Below are positions 1 through 10,433 of a stretch of 64,000 nucleotides of DNA, in pieces. The notes beneath the pieces are model-generated. The model had not been told where the DNA came from. It searched no databases and was given only the letters and a program-made list of their open reading frames with translations. Numbering within the stretch: the first letter of the stretch is position 1; every line of letters starts with the position of its first letter. The stretch covers positions 832,001 through 896,000 of the forward strand of contig CAWGMQ010000006.1 in NCBI GenBank assembly GCA_963823665.1, read 5' to 3'. This DNA comes from an uncultured Planctomycetota bacterium (lineage in GTDB: Bacteria > Planctomycetota > Planctomycetia > Isosphaerales > Isosphaeraceae). The position numbers and the translations under genes were made by a program.

Positions 1-377
1 TCCTCGTGGGCGGTAGCATGAACGGGCCGAACATCACCGGCGGCAAGGCATGGATCTGGCCAGAGACCTTCATGCGAACTCAGGACAATACCGTCTTGAA
101 GACCGCGACCGACGGTGACGGCCGGTTCCTTCTCGCATGCGATGCGACCGGCCGGTTCAAGACTCCACGCCTGAGTCCGGGAGCCTACGTGATCGTGGCC
201 GAAGGCTACAAGGAGCCTTCCTCAAAACAAACGTTTGGCGTGATCGGTTCGGTCAGTCACCCAGACTACCGCGCAATCGGCGATGTAACTGTGCCCGAAC
301 AAGGGCCGGCGCCGCGGGTTCGAATGATGATGCGGCCCAACCGACCGAGGCTGGACGAGCCGGATGACGCGAATTGA
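1..377 (+). CDS. C-terminal fragment of a probable carboxypeptidase-regulatory-like/Ig-fold secreted protein (5' end outside window)
   Basis: Open frame from the window edge; 'TDGDGRF', 'DATGRFK..RLSPGAYVIVAEG' resemble transthyretin-like repeats. Confidence 0.45.
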   Translation, partial: LVGGSMNGPNITGGKAWIWPETFMRTQDNTVLKTATDGDGRFLLACDATGRFKTPRLSPGAYVIVAEGYKEPSSKQTFGVIGSVSHPDYRAIGDVTVPEQGPAPRVRMMMRPNRPRLDEPDDAN

Positions 378-447
378 TAGCTGCAGCCCGCACTTTTGTC
401 GTTCCATGCGAGTCGCCTGCAATCCGGACGAGGCTCGATCGCGGCAA

Positions 448-1567
448 TCAAGCTCGAACGAACCGGTGGCCCGGGAGCCTCTTGGCGAGGCGCTTCACTT
501 CGAGCACGCTGAGCGTCGCCAGGACCTGGGCGGGAGTCATACCCGTGCGAACGATCAGCTCGTCGACGCCGGACGGGCGATCGTCAAGCTGGCCCAGGAC
601 TGAACGCTCGAGGTCGGTGAGCGCGAGCTCGGCGGGGTGGCGGACGGGTGGATCGCCGCTGCCAGCCCGGATTTCATGGGTGAGTGGGCCCAGCTCCTCG
701 ATGATGTCATCGACGGTCTCGACCAGCCGGGCTCCGTCGCGGATCAAGCGATGGCAGCCGCGGCTCGAGAGGCTGTCGGCCGGCCCGGGCACGGCGAACA
801 CCTCACGGTTTTGCTCCATCGCATGCCGCGCGGTCGAAAGCGAGCCGCTGCGGGGAGTGGCTTCGACGACGACGACGCCCAGCGAGATCCCCGAGATGAT
901 CCGGTTCCGCTGGGTGAAGAGCCCCGGTAGCGGCGCCTGTCGCATGGGCATCTCGGAGACGAGCGCCCCGGACTCGGCCAGGGCGCGGGCGAGGTCCTCA
1001 TGCTCAGGCGGGTAGATCGAGGAGAGTCCGTTGGCCAGGACGGCGATCGATCGGCCGCCGGCCGAGACCGCCCCCCGATGCGCGGCGGCGTCGATGCCGC
1101 GGGCCAGCCCGGAGACGACGGTGAAACCGGTTCGCGCTAGCGCCGTGGCCAGTCGCTCGGCCATCCGCGCCGTAGGGCGTGCAGCGGCGCGAGCCGACGA
1201 GCGCGATCGCCAGCTCGTCCCTGGGCTCGATCGATCCTTTCACATAGAGCAAGACGGGCGGATCGGGGATGTTTTCAAGCGCAGCGGGGTATTCCTGCTC
1301 GCCCTGTGCCACGACCCTCACGCCGAGCCGCCGGCACAGAGCCAGCTCCTCACCCGCGTCGAACTCCGACCGGGCCTGGCCGATCTTGCGGGCGAGCTTG
1401 GGCCCGACCCCGCTCACCGCGGAGAGCGCCGTCTGGCTCGCGTCGAGGGCTCTTCCGGCCGAGCCGAACCGGCCCAGAAGAGCGCGGCAGGTTTGCGGGC
1501 CCACACCCGGCACGGCCGTGAGCTGGATCAAGTCCAAGAGCCGCATTTCGGCGTCTTCTTCGGCCAA
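448..1567 (-). CDS. dprA: DNA-processing protein DprA (one frameshift near 1165)
   Basis: IALVGSRRCTPYG, VVSGLARGIDAAAH, RNRIISGISLGVVVVEA, GSLSTA, REVFAVPG, C-terminal winged helix; split over ORFs 1004..1567 and 448..1164. Confidence 0.93.
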
Positions 1568-1614
1568 GCATCACTCCCATTCCGGGGGACCGGAGGTTTC
1601 TTGCGGCGTCTCGC

Positions 1615-2775
1615 TCAAAGAGTCTCAAGGACGGCCTGCACGTCTTCTTCGCCCGGCGAGTCGGTGAGCTGCACGTGCCCGATCGAGCGCGGCAGCACGA
1701 AGCGGATCTTGCCCAGGCGATTCTTCTTGTCGCGGCCCATCGCGTGCTTGAGTGTGGCAAGGTCGAGCCCGGGCGCCTTGACAGGAAGGCCGAAGCACTC
1801 GAGCAGGCGGGCCAGGCGAACCGCGAGCTCTCCGCTCGTCCATCCCAGCCGCTCGGCCAGCTTGCTTTCGGCAACCATGCCGATCGCGACGGCTTCGCCG
1901 TGCAAGAACCGGCTGTCATAGCCCGTGGCGTTCTCGATCGCGTGCGCGATCGTGTGGCCGAAATTGAGCATCGCCCGATCCTCGCCTTCCTCCCGCTCGT
2001 CGCGGGCGACCACGCGAGCCTTGATCCGGCAGCTCTCGACGATGATCCGCTGGAGCGTCTCCGGTGCCCGCGCCAGGATCCTCCCGGCATTCTGTTCGAG
2101 GAACGAGAGGAAGTGCTCGCCCGCGATCACGCCGTACTTGACCACTTCGGCCAGTCCCGAGCGGAATTCACGATCGGGAAGCGTGGCGAGCGTCTCGGTG
2201 TCGATCCAGACGCCCAGCGGCTGGTAGAACGCGCCGATCAGGTTTTTGGCGCGGGGGTGATTCACGCCGACCTTGCCCCCGACTGAGCTGTCGACCTGAG
2301 CAAGCAAAGTGGTGGGCACCATGATGAGGGGAAGTCCGCGAGCGAAGGTGGCGGCGACGAAGCCGGCCAGATCGCCAACGACACCGCCGCCGAGCGCAAC
2401 CACGAGCGTGTGGCGATCGGCGGCTCGCGCGGCCAGCTCGTCGAAGAGCCGCTCGGCCTGCGAGAGCGACTTGGACGACTCGCCGGGCGGCACGATCACG
2501 GTCTCGGCCGAGATGCCGGCGGCCTGGAGCCCGGACTGGTACGGGGCGGGAATAGAACGATCCGCGATGTGGGCGTCGGTGACGATCACGGCGCGCCGGC
2601 AGGCCGAAGCCGTCCACGACCGCTCCAGCGCCCGTCGCGCGAACGGACCGAACCCGGAGACACGACCACTCACGACCTCGATCTCGTAGGACCGAGGACC
2701 GAGCTCGACCGTGAGGAGGTCCGGCGGCGGCGATGACGCGGGTTCGGTCACGGCAGGTGTGCTCGAATAGGGCAA
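1615..2775 (-). CDS. aroB: 3-dehydroquinate synthase
   Basis: GESSKS, ALGGGVVGDLAGF, PTTLLAQVDSSVGGKVGVN, KNLIGAFYQP, LNFGHT, LHGEAVAIG, RDKK. Confidence 0.97.
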   Translation of the reverse strand: MPYSSTPAVTEPASSPPPDLLTVELGPRSYEIEVVSGRVSGFGPFARRALERSWTASACRRAVIVTDAHIADRSIPAPYQSGLQAAGISAETVIVPPGESSKSLSQAERLFDELAARAADRHTLVVALGGGVVGDLAGFVAATFARGLPLIMVPTTLLAQVDSSVGGKVGVNHPRAKNLIGAFYQPLGVWIDTETLATLPDREFRSGLAEVVKYGVIAGEHFLSFLEQNAGRILARAPETLQRIIVESCRIKARVVARDEREEGEDRAMLNFGHTIAHAIENATGYDSRFLHGEAVAIGMVAESKLAERLGWTSGELAVRLARLLECFGLPVKAPGLDLATLKHAMGRDKKNRLGKIRFVLPRSIGHVQLTDSPGEEDVQAVLETL

Positions 2776-3005
2776 AAGAGAATCGATTCCGGCTCTCCGG
2801 CCAATTTAGCAGGCGGGCGCCCTTCTCTCCAGCCGGGCGCCCTTCTGTGCTGGTATACGCTCGGCGGCACCCTTTTGCCGACGAGCAGACCCAACCTGGC
2901 CGGCGGGTTGCGTTGCGAGCCGGCGCGGCGGCTGGTAGATTAGATTCTCAGGGAGAGAGAAGCCACGTCTGGCGGTGTGATCGCAGACGGCCGCAGGTGG
3001 GGGCC

Positions 3006-4088
3006 ATGATCGATTTTCTGACCTGGTCGCCGATCAGTCTCGGCCGGTGGTTTGGAACGGCGATCCGAGTGCATGTCGCTCTGGTCGTCTTCGTCGTGTA
3101 CCAGCTCGTGGCGTCGGCGGTATCGTCGCCGGACAAGGCCCACCTGGTGGAGCACGTCGCGGCGACCGCCTGCTGGCTGGGGCTATTGCTGGCGGCGCTC
3201 GGCTTGCACGAGCTGGCCCACGCGCTCACGGCATACTGGCTCGACTGCGACCAGGAAGAAGTGCACATCTGGCCGCTGGGCAGCCTGGTGGGGCCATCCT
3301 ATGTGCCGCGTTCGAGCGAGCACGTGCTGGTCGCGCTGGCCGGCCCGCTCATGAGCGGAGCGGTGTTTCTGGGCGCAGCCATCGGCGTGAACCTGATCGC
3401 GGGAGCGCAGTTTGCCTGGAACCCCTTCGGCTTCGATAAGGATGCGGGAGCACCCCTCAGGTCCGGCGTGGCGGTCGCGCCACTCACGGCAATCTGGATC
3501 ATCGGCTGGTTCGGTTACCTCAACTACGTGCTCATGCTGGTCAACATTTTCATTCCCGCGCTGCCGTTCGACTGCGGGCGGATGTTGCGGGCGTACCTTG
3601 CGAGCACGTCGGTGGTCTCGACCCGCGAGAGCATTGCGGCGCCGTGGACGGCGCACACTTGTGCGGTCATGCTCGGGATCATCGGCGTGGTTCGTCTGGC
3701 ACTGTTCCGGCAGTTCGACGGCTTGACGGTCATCGGACTGGCCGTCCTCGTCGAGGTGCTGGCCAGGAGCGAGGCGAGGATGCTCGAAGACGGCGGTTAT
3801 TTTGATGACGGCGTTTTCGGCTACGATTTCTCCGAAGGATACACCAGTCTCGAAAGCGGCGCGCCCAAGGTGCGGCCGTACCGGGAGAGTGCGCTCGAGC
3901 GCTGGCGCCGCCGCCGGTCGGACCTGCGCCGCCAGCGGCGGATGATCCGCGAGGCTGCTGAAGAGAAACGGATGGATGAGATCCTCGAAAAGCTGCACCG
4001 CGAGGGCCGCGGCGCTTTGACCGATGAAGAGCATCGATTCCTCGTGCGCGTGAGCACGCGCTACCGCAACCGGACCAAGAACACGTGA
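3006..4088 (+). CDS. Site-2 protease (M50) family membrane metalloprotease with C-terminal DUF6576-like tail
   Basis: LHELAH (HExxH) in a TM segment, NIFIPALPFDCG (NxxPxxxxDG-like), tail 'MDEILEKLHREGRGALTDEE'; start set at ATG 3006. Confidence 0.85.
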   Translation: MIDFLTWSPISLGRWFGTAIRVHVALVVFVVYQLVASAVSSPDKAHLVEHVAATACWLGLLLAALGLHELAHALTAYWLDCDQEEVHIWPLGSLVGPSYVPRSSEHVLVALAGPLMSGAVFLGAAIGVNLIAGAQFAWNPFGFDKDAGAPLRSGVAVAPLTAIWIIGWFGYLNYVLMLVNIFIPALPFDCGRMLRAYLASTSVVSTRESIAAPWTAHTCAVMLGIIGVVRLALFRQFDGLTVIGLAVLVEVLARSEARMLEDGGYFDDGVFGYDFSEGYTSLESGAPKVRPYRESALERWRRRRSDLRRQRRMIREAAEEKRMDEILEKLHREGRGALTDEEHRFLVRVSTRYRNRTKNT

Positions 4089-4999
4089 TTGATCCCGTGG
4101 GCCCCCGCGCGACCGAGAGGGCCCGTCAAAACGCCGTGTCTTCTGCCGCGATCGCCCGGGTGCCTATCCTCGCGGCGATCGAGAAGTCGCCGCTGGCCCT
4201 CGACGCGGGCATGGGCACCCGGCTTGTGGCGGCGGGGCTCGATCTGCGGAGCGACGATCCGGCGCTCTGGTGCTTGTCCCACCCCGATCAAGTGGTCGCG
4301 GTGCACCGCCGCGACCTCGCGGGCGGCGCCCGAGCCATCCTGACCAATACCTTCGGCGCCAACCGATCTTGGCTGACAAGATTCGGCCAGGTGCAAGAGG
4401 TGGGTCCGATCAATCGCCGCGCGGTCGAGCTTGCCAGGAGTGCCGCCGGGGCAGATCGATACGTGATCGGCTCGGTGGGACCGAGCGTGCGAGCGGAAAC
4501 CGGCGCCGCTGCCGAGCAAGCGACGATCCTGATTGATGAAGGCGTCGACGCGGTGTTGCTCGAGACTTTTCGGTTTCCCGAAGTGGAAAGCGTGCTCGAG
4601 GAGGTCGCTACGGCGCTACGTGGGGCCGCTCCGATTTTTGTCAGCTTATGGGAATGGCCCGAACAGCCGCGCACGGCGGCCCAGCGGCTGGTCGAGCGCG
4701 GAGCGGCCGTTTTGGGGTTCAACTGCGGGCCCGGCGCGCGGGCCGCGGCGGCCTTTGCCCGGGAGCTCTCGCAAGCAACTCGCGTTCCCCTGCTCGTGAA
4801 GCCGGGTGCCGGCCCCCGCGCGGAAGCCGTGATGAGCCCCGAGGAGCTCGCAGGAGTCGTTCCCGCGCTGCTCGCGAACCATGTCCGCTTGATCGGCGGC
4901 TGCTGCGGGACGGACGAACGGCACGTCGCCGCCGTGGCCGGCTGCCTACGAATTCATCGTGTATCCTTGGGGTATCAGACAGGAGACAATTGGCGATGA
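4085..4999 (+). CDS. Homocysteine S-methyltransferase family protein
   Basis: LDAGMGT, TNTFGAN, LLET, GFNC, IGGCCGT motifs. Confidence 0.9.
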   Translation: MIDPVGPRATERARQNAVSSAAIARVPILAAIEKSPLALDAGMGTRLVAAGLDLRSDDPALWCLSHPDQVVAVHRRDLAGGARAILTNTFGANRSWLTRFGQVQEVGPINRRAVELARSAAGADRYVIGSVGPSVRAETGAAAEQATILIDEGVDAVLLETFRFPEVESVLEEVATALRGAAPIFVSLWEWPEQPRTAAQRLVERGAAVLGFNCGPGARAAAAFARELSQATRVPLLVKPGAGPRAEAVMSPEELAGVVPALLANHVRLIGGCCGTDERHVAAVAGCLRIHRVSLGYQTGDNWR

Positions 5000-5445
5000 G
5001 CCCTTCCCGATCGAAAGAAAAACGCCCGCGGCGCGACGAGCTTGGGCCGGGCGATTGCCTGTGCAACCACTGCACCGGCCGGTGCTGCCGCTATTTCTCG
5101 CTTCCCATCGATAACCCGACGACCTGGAACGATTTTGACTCGATCCGCTGGTACCTGGCGCACGGTCAAACGCTGATCTACGTCGAGAAGAAGCAGTGGT
5201 ACTTGCTGGTGATGACGAAGTGCACGTATCTGACGGACGACGACCTCTGCCGCATCTACCTCAACCGGCCCAAGGTGTGCCGCGATTACACGACGGACAA
5301 CTGCGAATACGACGGGGAATGGACGTTCGACAAGCTGTTCGAAACCCCCGAGCAAGTCTGGGAATACGCCGAAGCGGTGTTGCCGCCCAGGCGGAGGAAC
5401 AGGGGGAAATCGACATTTGCTCTGCCGATTGTTACGATTGCGTGA
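4996..5445 (+). CDS. YkgJ-family Cys-cluster (Zn/Fe-chelating) protein
   Basis: CNHCTGRCC...CTYL...CRIYLNRPKVCRDY; ATGA overlap with upstream stop; AGGAG RBS. Confidence 0.85.
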   Translation: MSPSRSKEKRPRRDELGPGDCLCNHCTGRCCRYFSLPIDNPTTWNDFDSIRWYLAHGQTLIYVEKKQWYLLVMTKCTYLTDDDLCRIYLNRPKVCRDYTTDNCEYDGEWTFDKLFETPEQVWEYAEAVLPPRRRNRGKSTFALPIVTIA

Positions 5446-6003
5446 ATGAGACGGTCGAATCATTATGAGGCGGCGTTTGAAGGGTTTGTGCGCTCGATCC
5501 GGGTTCCGTGCGTGGCCATCGACGAGGCCAAGCGGGCCATCTGCGGCGACGATGCGCTCAAGAACCCCGATTTCTTGCTTTACCCGCAGTTCGGGGCGAA
5601 CCTGGTGGTCGAGGTGAAGGGAAAGCGGGCCAAGAATGCCCGGGGCCGCCGCGACTGGGAAAACTGGGTCACGACCGACGATCTCGATGGTCTGGTGCGG
5701 TGGCAGGCGATGTTCGGGCCGGGTTTCCGGGCGGTGCTGGCGTTTGCTTATGCGGAGCCGATCGGTCCCTTCCCGCTGCCGCGACAGAATGGGGCCTTTG
5801 AGTTTCGCGGCCTCGAATATCGATTCTGGGCCGTGGGGCTCGATGAATACGTGGCCCACCTGCGCTCCCGCGGGCCGGCATGGAAGGCCGTCGCGATGGC
5901 GCGCCGGGCATTCCGCCGGCGGGTGCGCCCTCTACTCGAATGGCTGCCGATGAGTTACGATTGGAGCCGTCGTCCGATTCCCGTAAAGGAGCGTTCGCGA
6001 TGA
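5446..6003 (+). CDS. HYExAFE family protein
   Basis: N-terminal NHYEAAFE; PDF...VEVKGK; ENWVT. Confidence 0.88.
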   Translation: MRRSNHYEAAFEGFVRSIRVPCVAIDEAKRAICGDDALKNPDFLLYPQFGANLVVEVKGKRAKNARGRRDWENWVTTDDLDGLVRWQAMFGPGFRAVLAFAYAEPIGPFPLPRQNGAFEFRGLEYRFWAVGLDEYVAHLRSRGPAWKAVAMARRAFRRRVRPLLEWLPMSYDWSRRPIPVKERSR

Positions 6004-6227
6004 ATCCGTTCTTGAAGCGATGGAGGCGCCGGCTCGCCGTCGCCCTGCTGGGCATGGGGCTCTGGATCGCCCCGGCTTTCACTCCGGTCGCGCCGGCCCA
6101 GGACCCGAATGATCCCAGCGCCGCGGTGCCGGGCGAAGGGTCTGGCCGCCCGCTCGACGGGTACCTGGGCACGATCGTGCTGATGCTCCTGGTCCTGTTC
6201 ATCGTGGGTAAGTCTGCCCGGAGATGA
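6000..6227 (+). CDS. Small exported/membrane protein (75 aa)
   Basis: AAGGAG RBS, ATGA overlap; signal-peptide-like N-terminus (APA-Q), C-terminal TM followed by KSARR. Confidence 0.7.
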   Translation: MNPFLKRWRRRLAVALLGMGLWIAPAFTPVAPAQDPNDPSAAVPGEGSGRPLDGYLGTIVLMLLVLFIVGKSARR

Positions 6228-6267
6228 TTTTCCCCGCCCCGGGGCCGCCCGAGACGGGGTGCTCTCC

Positions 6268-7407
6268 ATGGATATCGACTGGGATTCCCTTCGCGAATCC
6301 GAGTTTCCTGTAACGCGGCGATGGGCCTATCTCGACCATGCCGCAACCGCGCCGCTGCCTCGCCGCAGCGCAGATGCGCTGCGGGCCTGGGCCGCGGAGC
6401 AAGAGAATGACGGTGTCATCGGCTGGCCCGAGCGCGAAAAGCGAATTGAAGAGCTTCGCACCCGGGCCGCTTTACTGCTGAACGCCCACCGCGACGAGAT
6501 CGCCTTCATTCAAAGTACGACCCACGGGATCGGCTTGATTGCCGAAGGATATCCCTGGCGGTCCGGAGACAACGTGGTCACGGCCGAAGACGAATACCCG
6601 TCGAACCTCTATCCCTGGATGAACCTCGAAAGCCGTGGCGTCTCGGTGCGCCAGGTGAGGAGCCGGGAAGGACGAATCTGGATCGACGACCTCGCGGCCA
6701 CCATGGACCGATCGACCCGCGTGCTTGCGATCAGCCACGTCGAATTCGCCACGGGGTTCCGCAACGACCTGGACGCCCTGGGCGAGCTGTGCCGGGACCG
6801 CGGCATTGCGTTCTTCGTGGACGCGATCCAGGGGCTCGGGCCGCTCTTGATCGACGTCACGAGAACCCCGATCGATTTCCTGGCCGCCGACGGCCACAAG
6901 TGGCTGCTCGGCCCCGAGGGGGCGGGCATCCTGTTTGTGCGCCGCGAGTGGCTGGAACGGCTGCGGGCGACCGGCGTCGGCTGGCATAGCGTCGTCGGCT
7001 CGTACAACTCCCCGCGCAACGAGTTCGTCCTGAAGCCCTCTGCCGGGCGGTTCGAAGGAGGCTCGTTCAACGTGCCGGGCTTGCTTGCATTGGGCGCCAG
7101 CCTGAGTTTATTCCTCGAGCTGGGTCCTGCCGCGGTGTCGGGCCGCATCATGGACCGGGCGGATGCGGTGCGCGAAGTCGCGCTCTCATGCGGGTTCAGC
7201 GTGTTCGGCTCGACGCGCCCGGTTGACCGGTCGTCGATCGTCGTGCTCGAGAAGCCGGGAACGCAGGCGCTCCAGGCCGCGGCCCTGCTCCGCACCCGGG
7301 GGGTTGTCGCTGCGTGCCGGCGCGGCCGCCTTCGTTTGAGCCCGCATCTGTACAATAACTCCGACGATCTGGAGAGGCTCCGGGACGGCCTGAACGCCTT
7401 GGGCTGA
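6268..7407 (+). CDS. Class V PLP aminotransferase (cysteine desulfurase/selenocysteine lyase-like)
   Basis: YLDHAATAP, VDAIQ, ADGHKWLLGPEG, RFEGGS, RLSPHLYN. Confidence 0.9.
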   Translation: MDIDWDSLRESEFPVTRRWAYLDHAATAPLPRRSADALRAWAAEQENDGVIGWPEREKRIEELRTRAALLLNAHRDEIAFIQSTTHGIGLIAEGYPWRSGDNVVTAEDEYPSNLYPWMNLESRGVSVRQVRSREGRIWIDDLAATMDRSTRVLAISHVEFATGFRNDLDALGELCRDRGIAFFVDAIQGLGPLLIDVTRTPIDFLAADGHKWLLGPEGAGILFVRREWLERLRATGVGWHSVVGSYNSPRNEFVLKPSAGRFEGGSFNVPGLLALGASLSLFLELGPAAVSGRIMDRADAVREVALSCGFSVFGSTRPVDRSSIVVLEKPGTQALQAAALLRTRGVVAACRRGRLRLSPHLYNNSDDLERLRDGLNALG

Positions 7408-7440
7408 GTCGTTGCCTTTTCCCTCCACGCGGAAGGCTTT

Positions 7441-7974
7441 ATGAATCCGAAACCGAACGATTCGTTTCGCACGGCCGTATTCACGGGCACGTTTGACCCG
7501 ATCTCGCTCGGACACCTCGACGTGATCCAGCGCGGGTGCCTGCTCTTCGACCACCTGGTCGTCGGAATCGGCATCAACGTCAACAAGGCGTCGCTCTTCG
7601 ACGTGGACGAGCGGGTCGAGATGGCCAGGATGGTGCTGGCTCCGTTCGCGAACGTCTCGGTGCAATCGTTCGAAGGGCTGACCGTGCACTTCGTACGCAG
7701 AATCGGCGCGCGGGTGATCCTCCGCGGCCTGCGCACCCTCTCCGACATGGAATACGAGTTCGGCATGACACTCACGAATCACCGGCTCGACCCCGTGGTC
7801 GAGACGGTGTTCCTCATGGCGTGCGGGGAGTATTCGCACGTCTCCAGCACTCTGGTGAAACAGGTCGCGTACTTCGGCGGCACGGAGGAGCTCAAGAAGT
7901 TCGTGCCCGAGTCGCTCGTGGCGCCGATTTTGTCAAAAGTGGCGCGCGGATTCAGCGCCGGGTCCTTGGGATGA
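7441..7974 (+). CDS. coaD: Phosphopantetheine adenylyltransferase
   Basis: GTFDPISLGHLDVI, ILRGLR, EYE, VSSTLVK. Confidence 0.96.
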   Translation: MNPKPNDSFRTAVFTGTFDPISLGHLDVIQRGCLLFDHLVVGIGINVNKASLFDVDERVEMARMVLAPFANVSVQSFEGLTVHFVRRIGARVILRGLRTLSDMEYEFGMTLTNHRLDPVVETVFLMACGEYSHVSSTLVKQVAYFGGTEELKKFVPESLVAPILSKVARGFSAGSLG

Positions 7975-8701
7975 ACAGGTCGCGCGACCACTGGCGCATG
8001 CCCATGCCCCGCGACTTGAGTGTCTCGTGGAGCACGCCCACGGCCTTGTAGGCCCGATCGAAATTCGAGTAGGCGAGCCAGCCGCTCCACTGATCGTCGA
8101 GCGTTCGGGACCGCGAGCTGACGACCCGCGTGGCCACGATCATGTGGTCGAAAGTTTCTTTCAGGCTCGCCAGGATTTTCTCGTGCTCGTCGTGGGAGAG
8201 CGATCTTGCCGCGGCGTTTTCGTCGGGCCAGCTCATGGTCAAGTTGCAGGAGAGGAAGCGGTCCTCGTCCGGCACCCGCTGCGTGAGCCAGATATAGTCG
8301 GCGTCGTCCCAGAGATAGCGAATGCAGAGCAGCTCGACGGCCACCAGGTGCGACGTCGGCGCTTCGTGGTCGAAGATTCCCGCGTGCGACGACTCGGTCT
8401 GGCGCTCGGGCCGGGGCCGGTCGGCATAAGCGTGAGCTTGTGCGTGGGCCGCGGCGTGTGCTTGAGCTTGCGGCCGGGCGGCCTGGGGGGCTGATTCCCG
8501 GGAGCTGGCCCGCGCGACGCGTGCGGTGGAGAGCATCTCATAGGCCTGCGAGAGCACCCGGAATGTCCAGTCTTCGCCCCCCTTGTCCGGGTGGTATCGC
8601 TTCGCCTTCTCGCGATAAGCAGCGCGGATCTCCTCGAGCGTCGCCTCCGCCGCTACGCCCAGGACCTGTTTCGGGTCGAGCTCAAAGCTGAAGAAGGACA
8701 C
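7952..8701 (-). CDS. J-domain protein with uncharacterised C-terminal domain
   Basis: DPKQVLGV...IRAAYREKAKRYHPDKGG...AYEML (HPD motif). Confidence 0.85.
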   Translation of the reverse strand: MSFFSFELDPKQVLGVAAEATLEEIRAAYREKAKRYHPDKGGEDWTFRVLSQAYEMLSTARVARASSRESAPQAARPQAQAHAAAHAQAHAYADRPRPERQTESSHAGIFDHEAPTSHLVAVELLCIRYLWDDADYIWLTQRVPDEDRFLSCNLTMSWPDENAAARSLSHDEHEKILASLKETFDHMIVATRVVSSRSRTLDDQWSGWLAYSNFDRAYKAVGVLHETLKSRGMGMRQWSRDLFIPRTRR

Positions 8702-8817
8702 CGGAAGGGCACCTCACTCAATGGCGTTGCACGATTCTGTGATGGACCGCGTCAAGTCGAAGACCTGCGCCAGCGCGGCTCCTCGGGAGCCTGGCACTCC
8801 CGGAACGGCAAAGCCCG

Positions 8818-9881
8818 CTAGCGGGGTGGCGGCTGCCTCCCGTTCGAGAGCCGGCTTCGCAGATAGGATGCGCGGGCCACGTTGCGTTCCTCGACCCCCA
8901 GCTCGGCCCCGCGCAGCTTTTGCAGGAAAGCGGGCTGGGTCTGAATGAACAGCTCGTTGACGGTGGCGATGGAAAGGTCGTCGATGAGCCCGAGGTTGAT
9001 GCCCATCCTCACGCTGGAGAGGAGGAGCATCGTTTCCTCGCTGGTGATCGTCTGGGCGGTCTTCAAGACTCCGTAGGCGCGGCTGACCTGGTCGTGGAGG
9101 TGCTGGCGGCGCTGGGTCAAGAGGTCTTGCCGGGCGTTCCGCTCGTACTGGAGCACCTGGGGTACGACATCGGTGAGGATCTTGATCAGCTCGGGCTCGC
9201 TCTTTCCCAGGGTTTGCTGGTTGGAGATCTGGTAGAAATCGCCCGAAGCCTGGCTTCCTTCGCCGTAAAGGCCGCGGACCGCCAGGTTGATCTTCTGCAG
9301 GCGCGGAAGACCTTGTCGATGCGTTTGTTCTGCACGAGCCCGGGCAGATGCAGCATCACACCCACGCGGATTCCAGTGCCGACGTTGGTGGGGCAGGCAG
9401 TCAAGTAGCCGAGCTGGGGGCTGAATGCGAACGCGAGCTGTTCCTCCAGCTTGTCGTCCAGGCCGTTGACGGCGTCCCAAACTTCGCTCAAGCGAAAGCC
9501 GGAGAGCATGAACTGGATGCGAAGATGGTCTTCCTCGTTGACCATGATCGCGGTGTTTTCGAGCGGGCTGATGGCCACGCCGCGCGGGCCCTCGCTCGAG
9601 GCAAGCTCGCGCGAGATCACCTGCCGCTCGACCAGGAACTGGCGGTCGAGCGTGGAGAGGGCGTTGACGTCGAGATAGGAGAGATCGAGCTTGGCGCTCG
9701 ACATGGCGGCGGTGAAATTCCCCTCGATCTCAGCCTTTTCGCTGCGGCTGGCGCGATTGCAGAAGGGAAAATCGGCGATGTTCCGCGCCAGACGGATGCG
9801 CGAGCACATCACGATATCGCTTTCCGGGCCAGTGCCCCGCAGCCACTCGCCGGAGGTTTTCGTCAGGTCGTCAAGAGTCAT
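8818..9881 (-). CDS. mcsB: Protein arginine kinase McsB (one frameshift near 9300)
   Basis: SRIRLARN, MVNEEDHLRIQ, GYLTACPTNVGTG, VRGLYGEGS, YQISNQQTLG, TQPAFLQ. Confidence 0.94.
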
Positions 9882-10363
9882 GAGCCAGAGTTCCTCGGGC
9901 GCAGCAAGTCTCGCAGCCGCGCGGCTTCTTCGTAGTCTTCACGGCTGACCGCCTCGCGGAGCTTGGTGCGCAGCCGCAGCCGGTCCCACGCGCCCTCGCG
10001 CCGCCGCGCTCGTTTGCCCACGTGGCGCGTGGCTCCGTGGTAGCGCTGCAAGAGCCCGGTGAGCCCCTTGGAAAAGACCGCATAATCCTGCGGGCAGCCC
10101 AGCCGGCCCCCTGCCCTGAATTCCATGAATTTGATTCCGCAGTCCGGACACTGAAGCTCGGCGAGCTCGCCGACAAGCTCCCCCACGTTGGCGATGATCA
10201 AGCTCTGGACCACCGCGTCCAGCGGGAGCGGCGGCGGGGTCTCGGGTAGCGATAAACCCGCCTTGCGGGCACACGACGGGCAAAGGTGGAATTCCCGCCT
10301 TTGACCCTTGCCCGGCTCGGTCAGGTGGACTGTGGCTTCATTCTGGCACCGTTGGCACATCAT
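9878..10363 (-). CDS. mcsA: McsA-like protein (CxxC motifs + UVR domain), copy 2
   Basis: CQRC, CPSCA, CPDCG, GRLGCPQDY, HVGK, EDYEEAARLRD. Confidence 0.88.
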   Translation of the reverse strand: MMCQRCQNEATVHLTEPGKGQRREFHLCPSCARKAGLSLPETPPPLPLDAVVQSLIIANVGELVGELAELQCPDCGIKFMEFRAGGRLGCPQDYAVFSKGLTGLLQRYHGATRHVGKRARRREGAWDRLRLRTKLREAVSREDYEEAARLRDLLRPRNSGS

Positions 10364-10433
10364 CGGCACGACCGTCCGGCGGAAGGGTGCGATCCATCGT
10401 CTCGTTGCTGGAGGACCGGTCGCCACATCGCGT

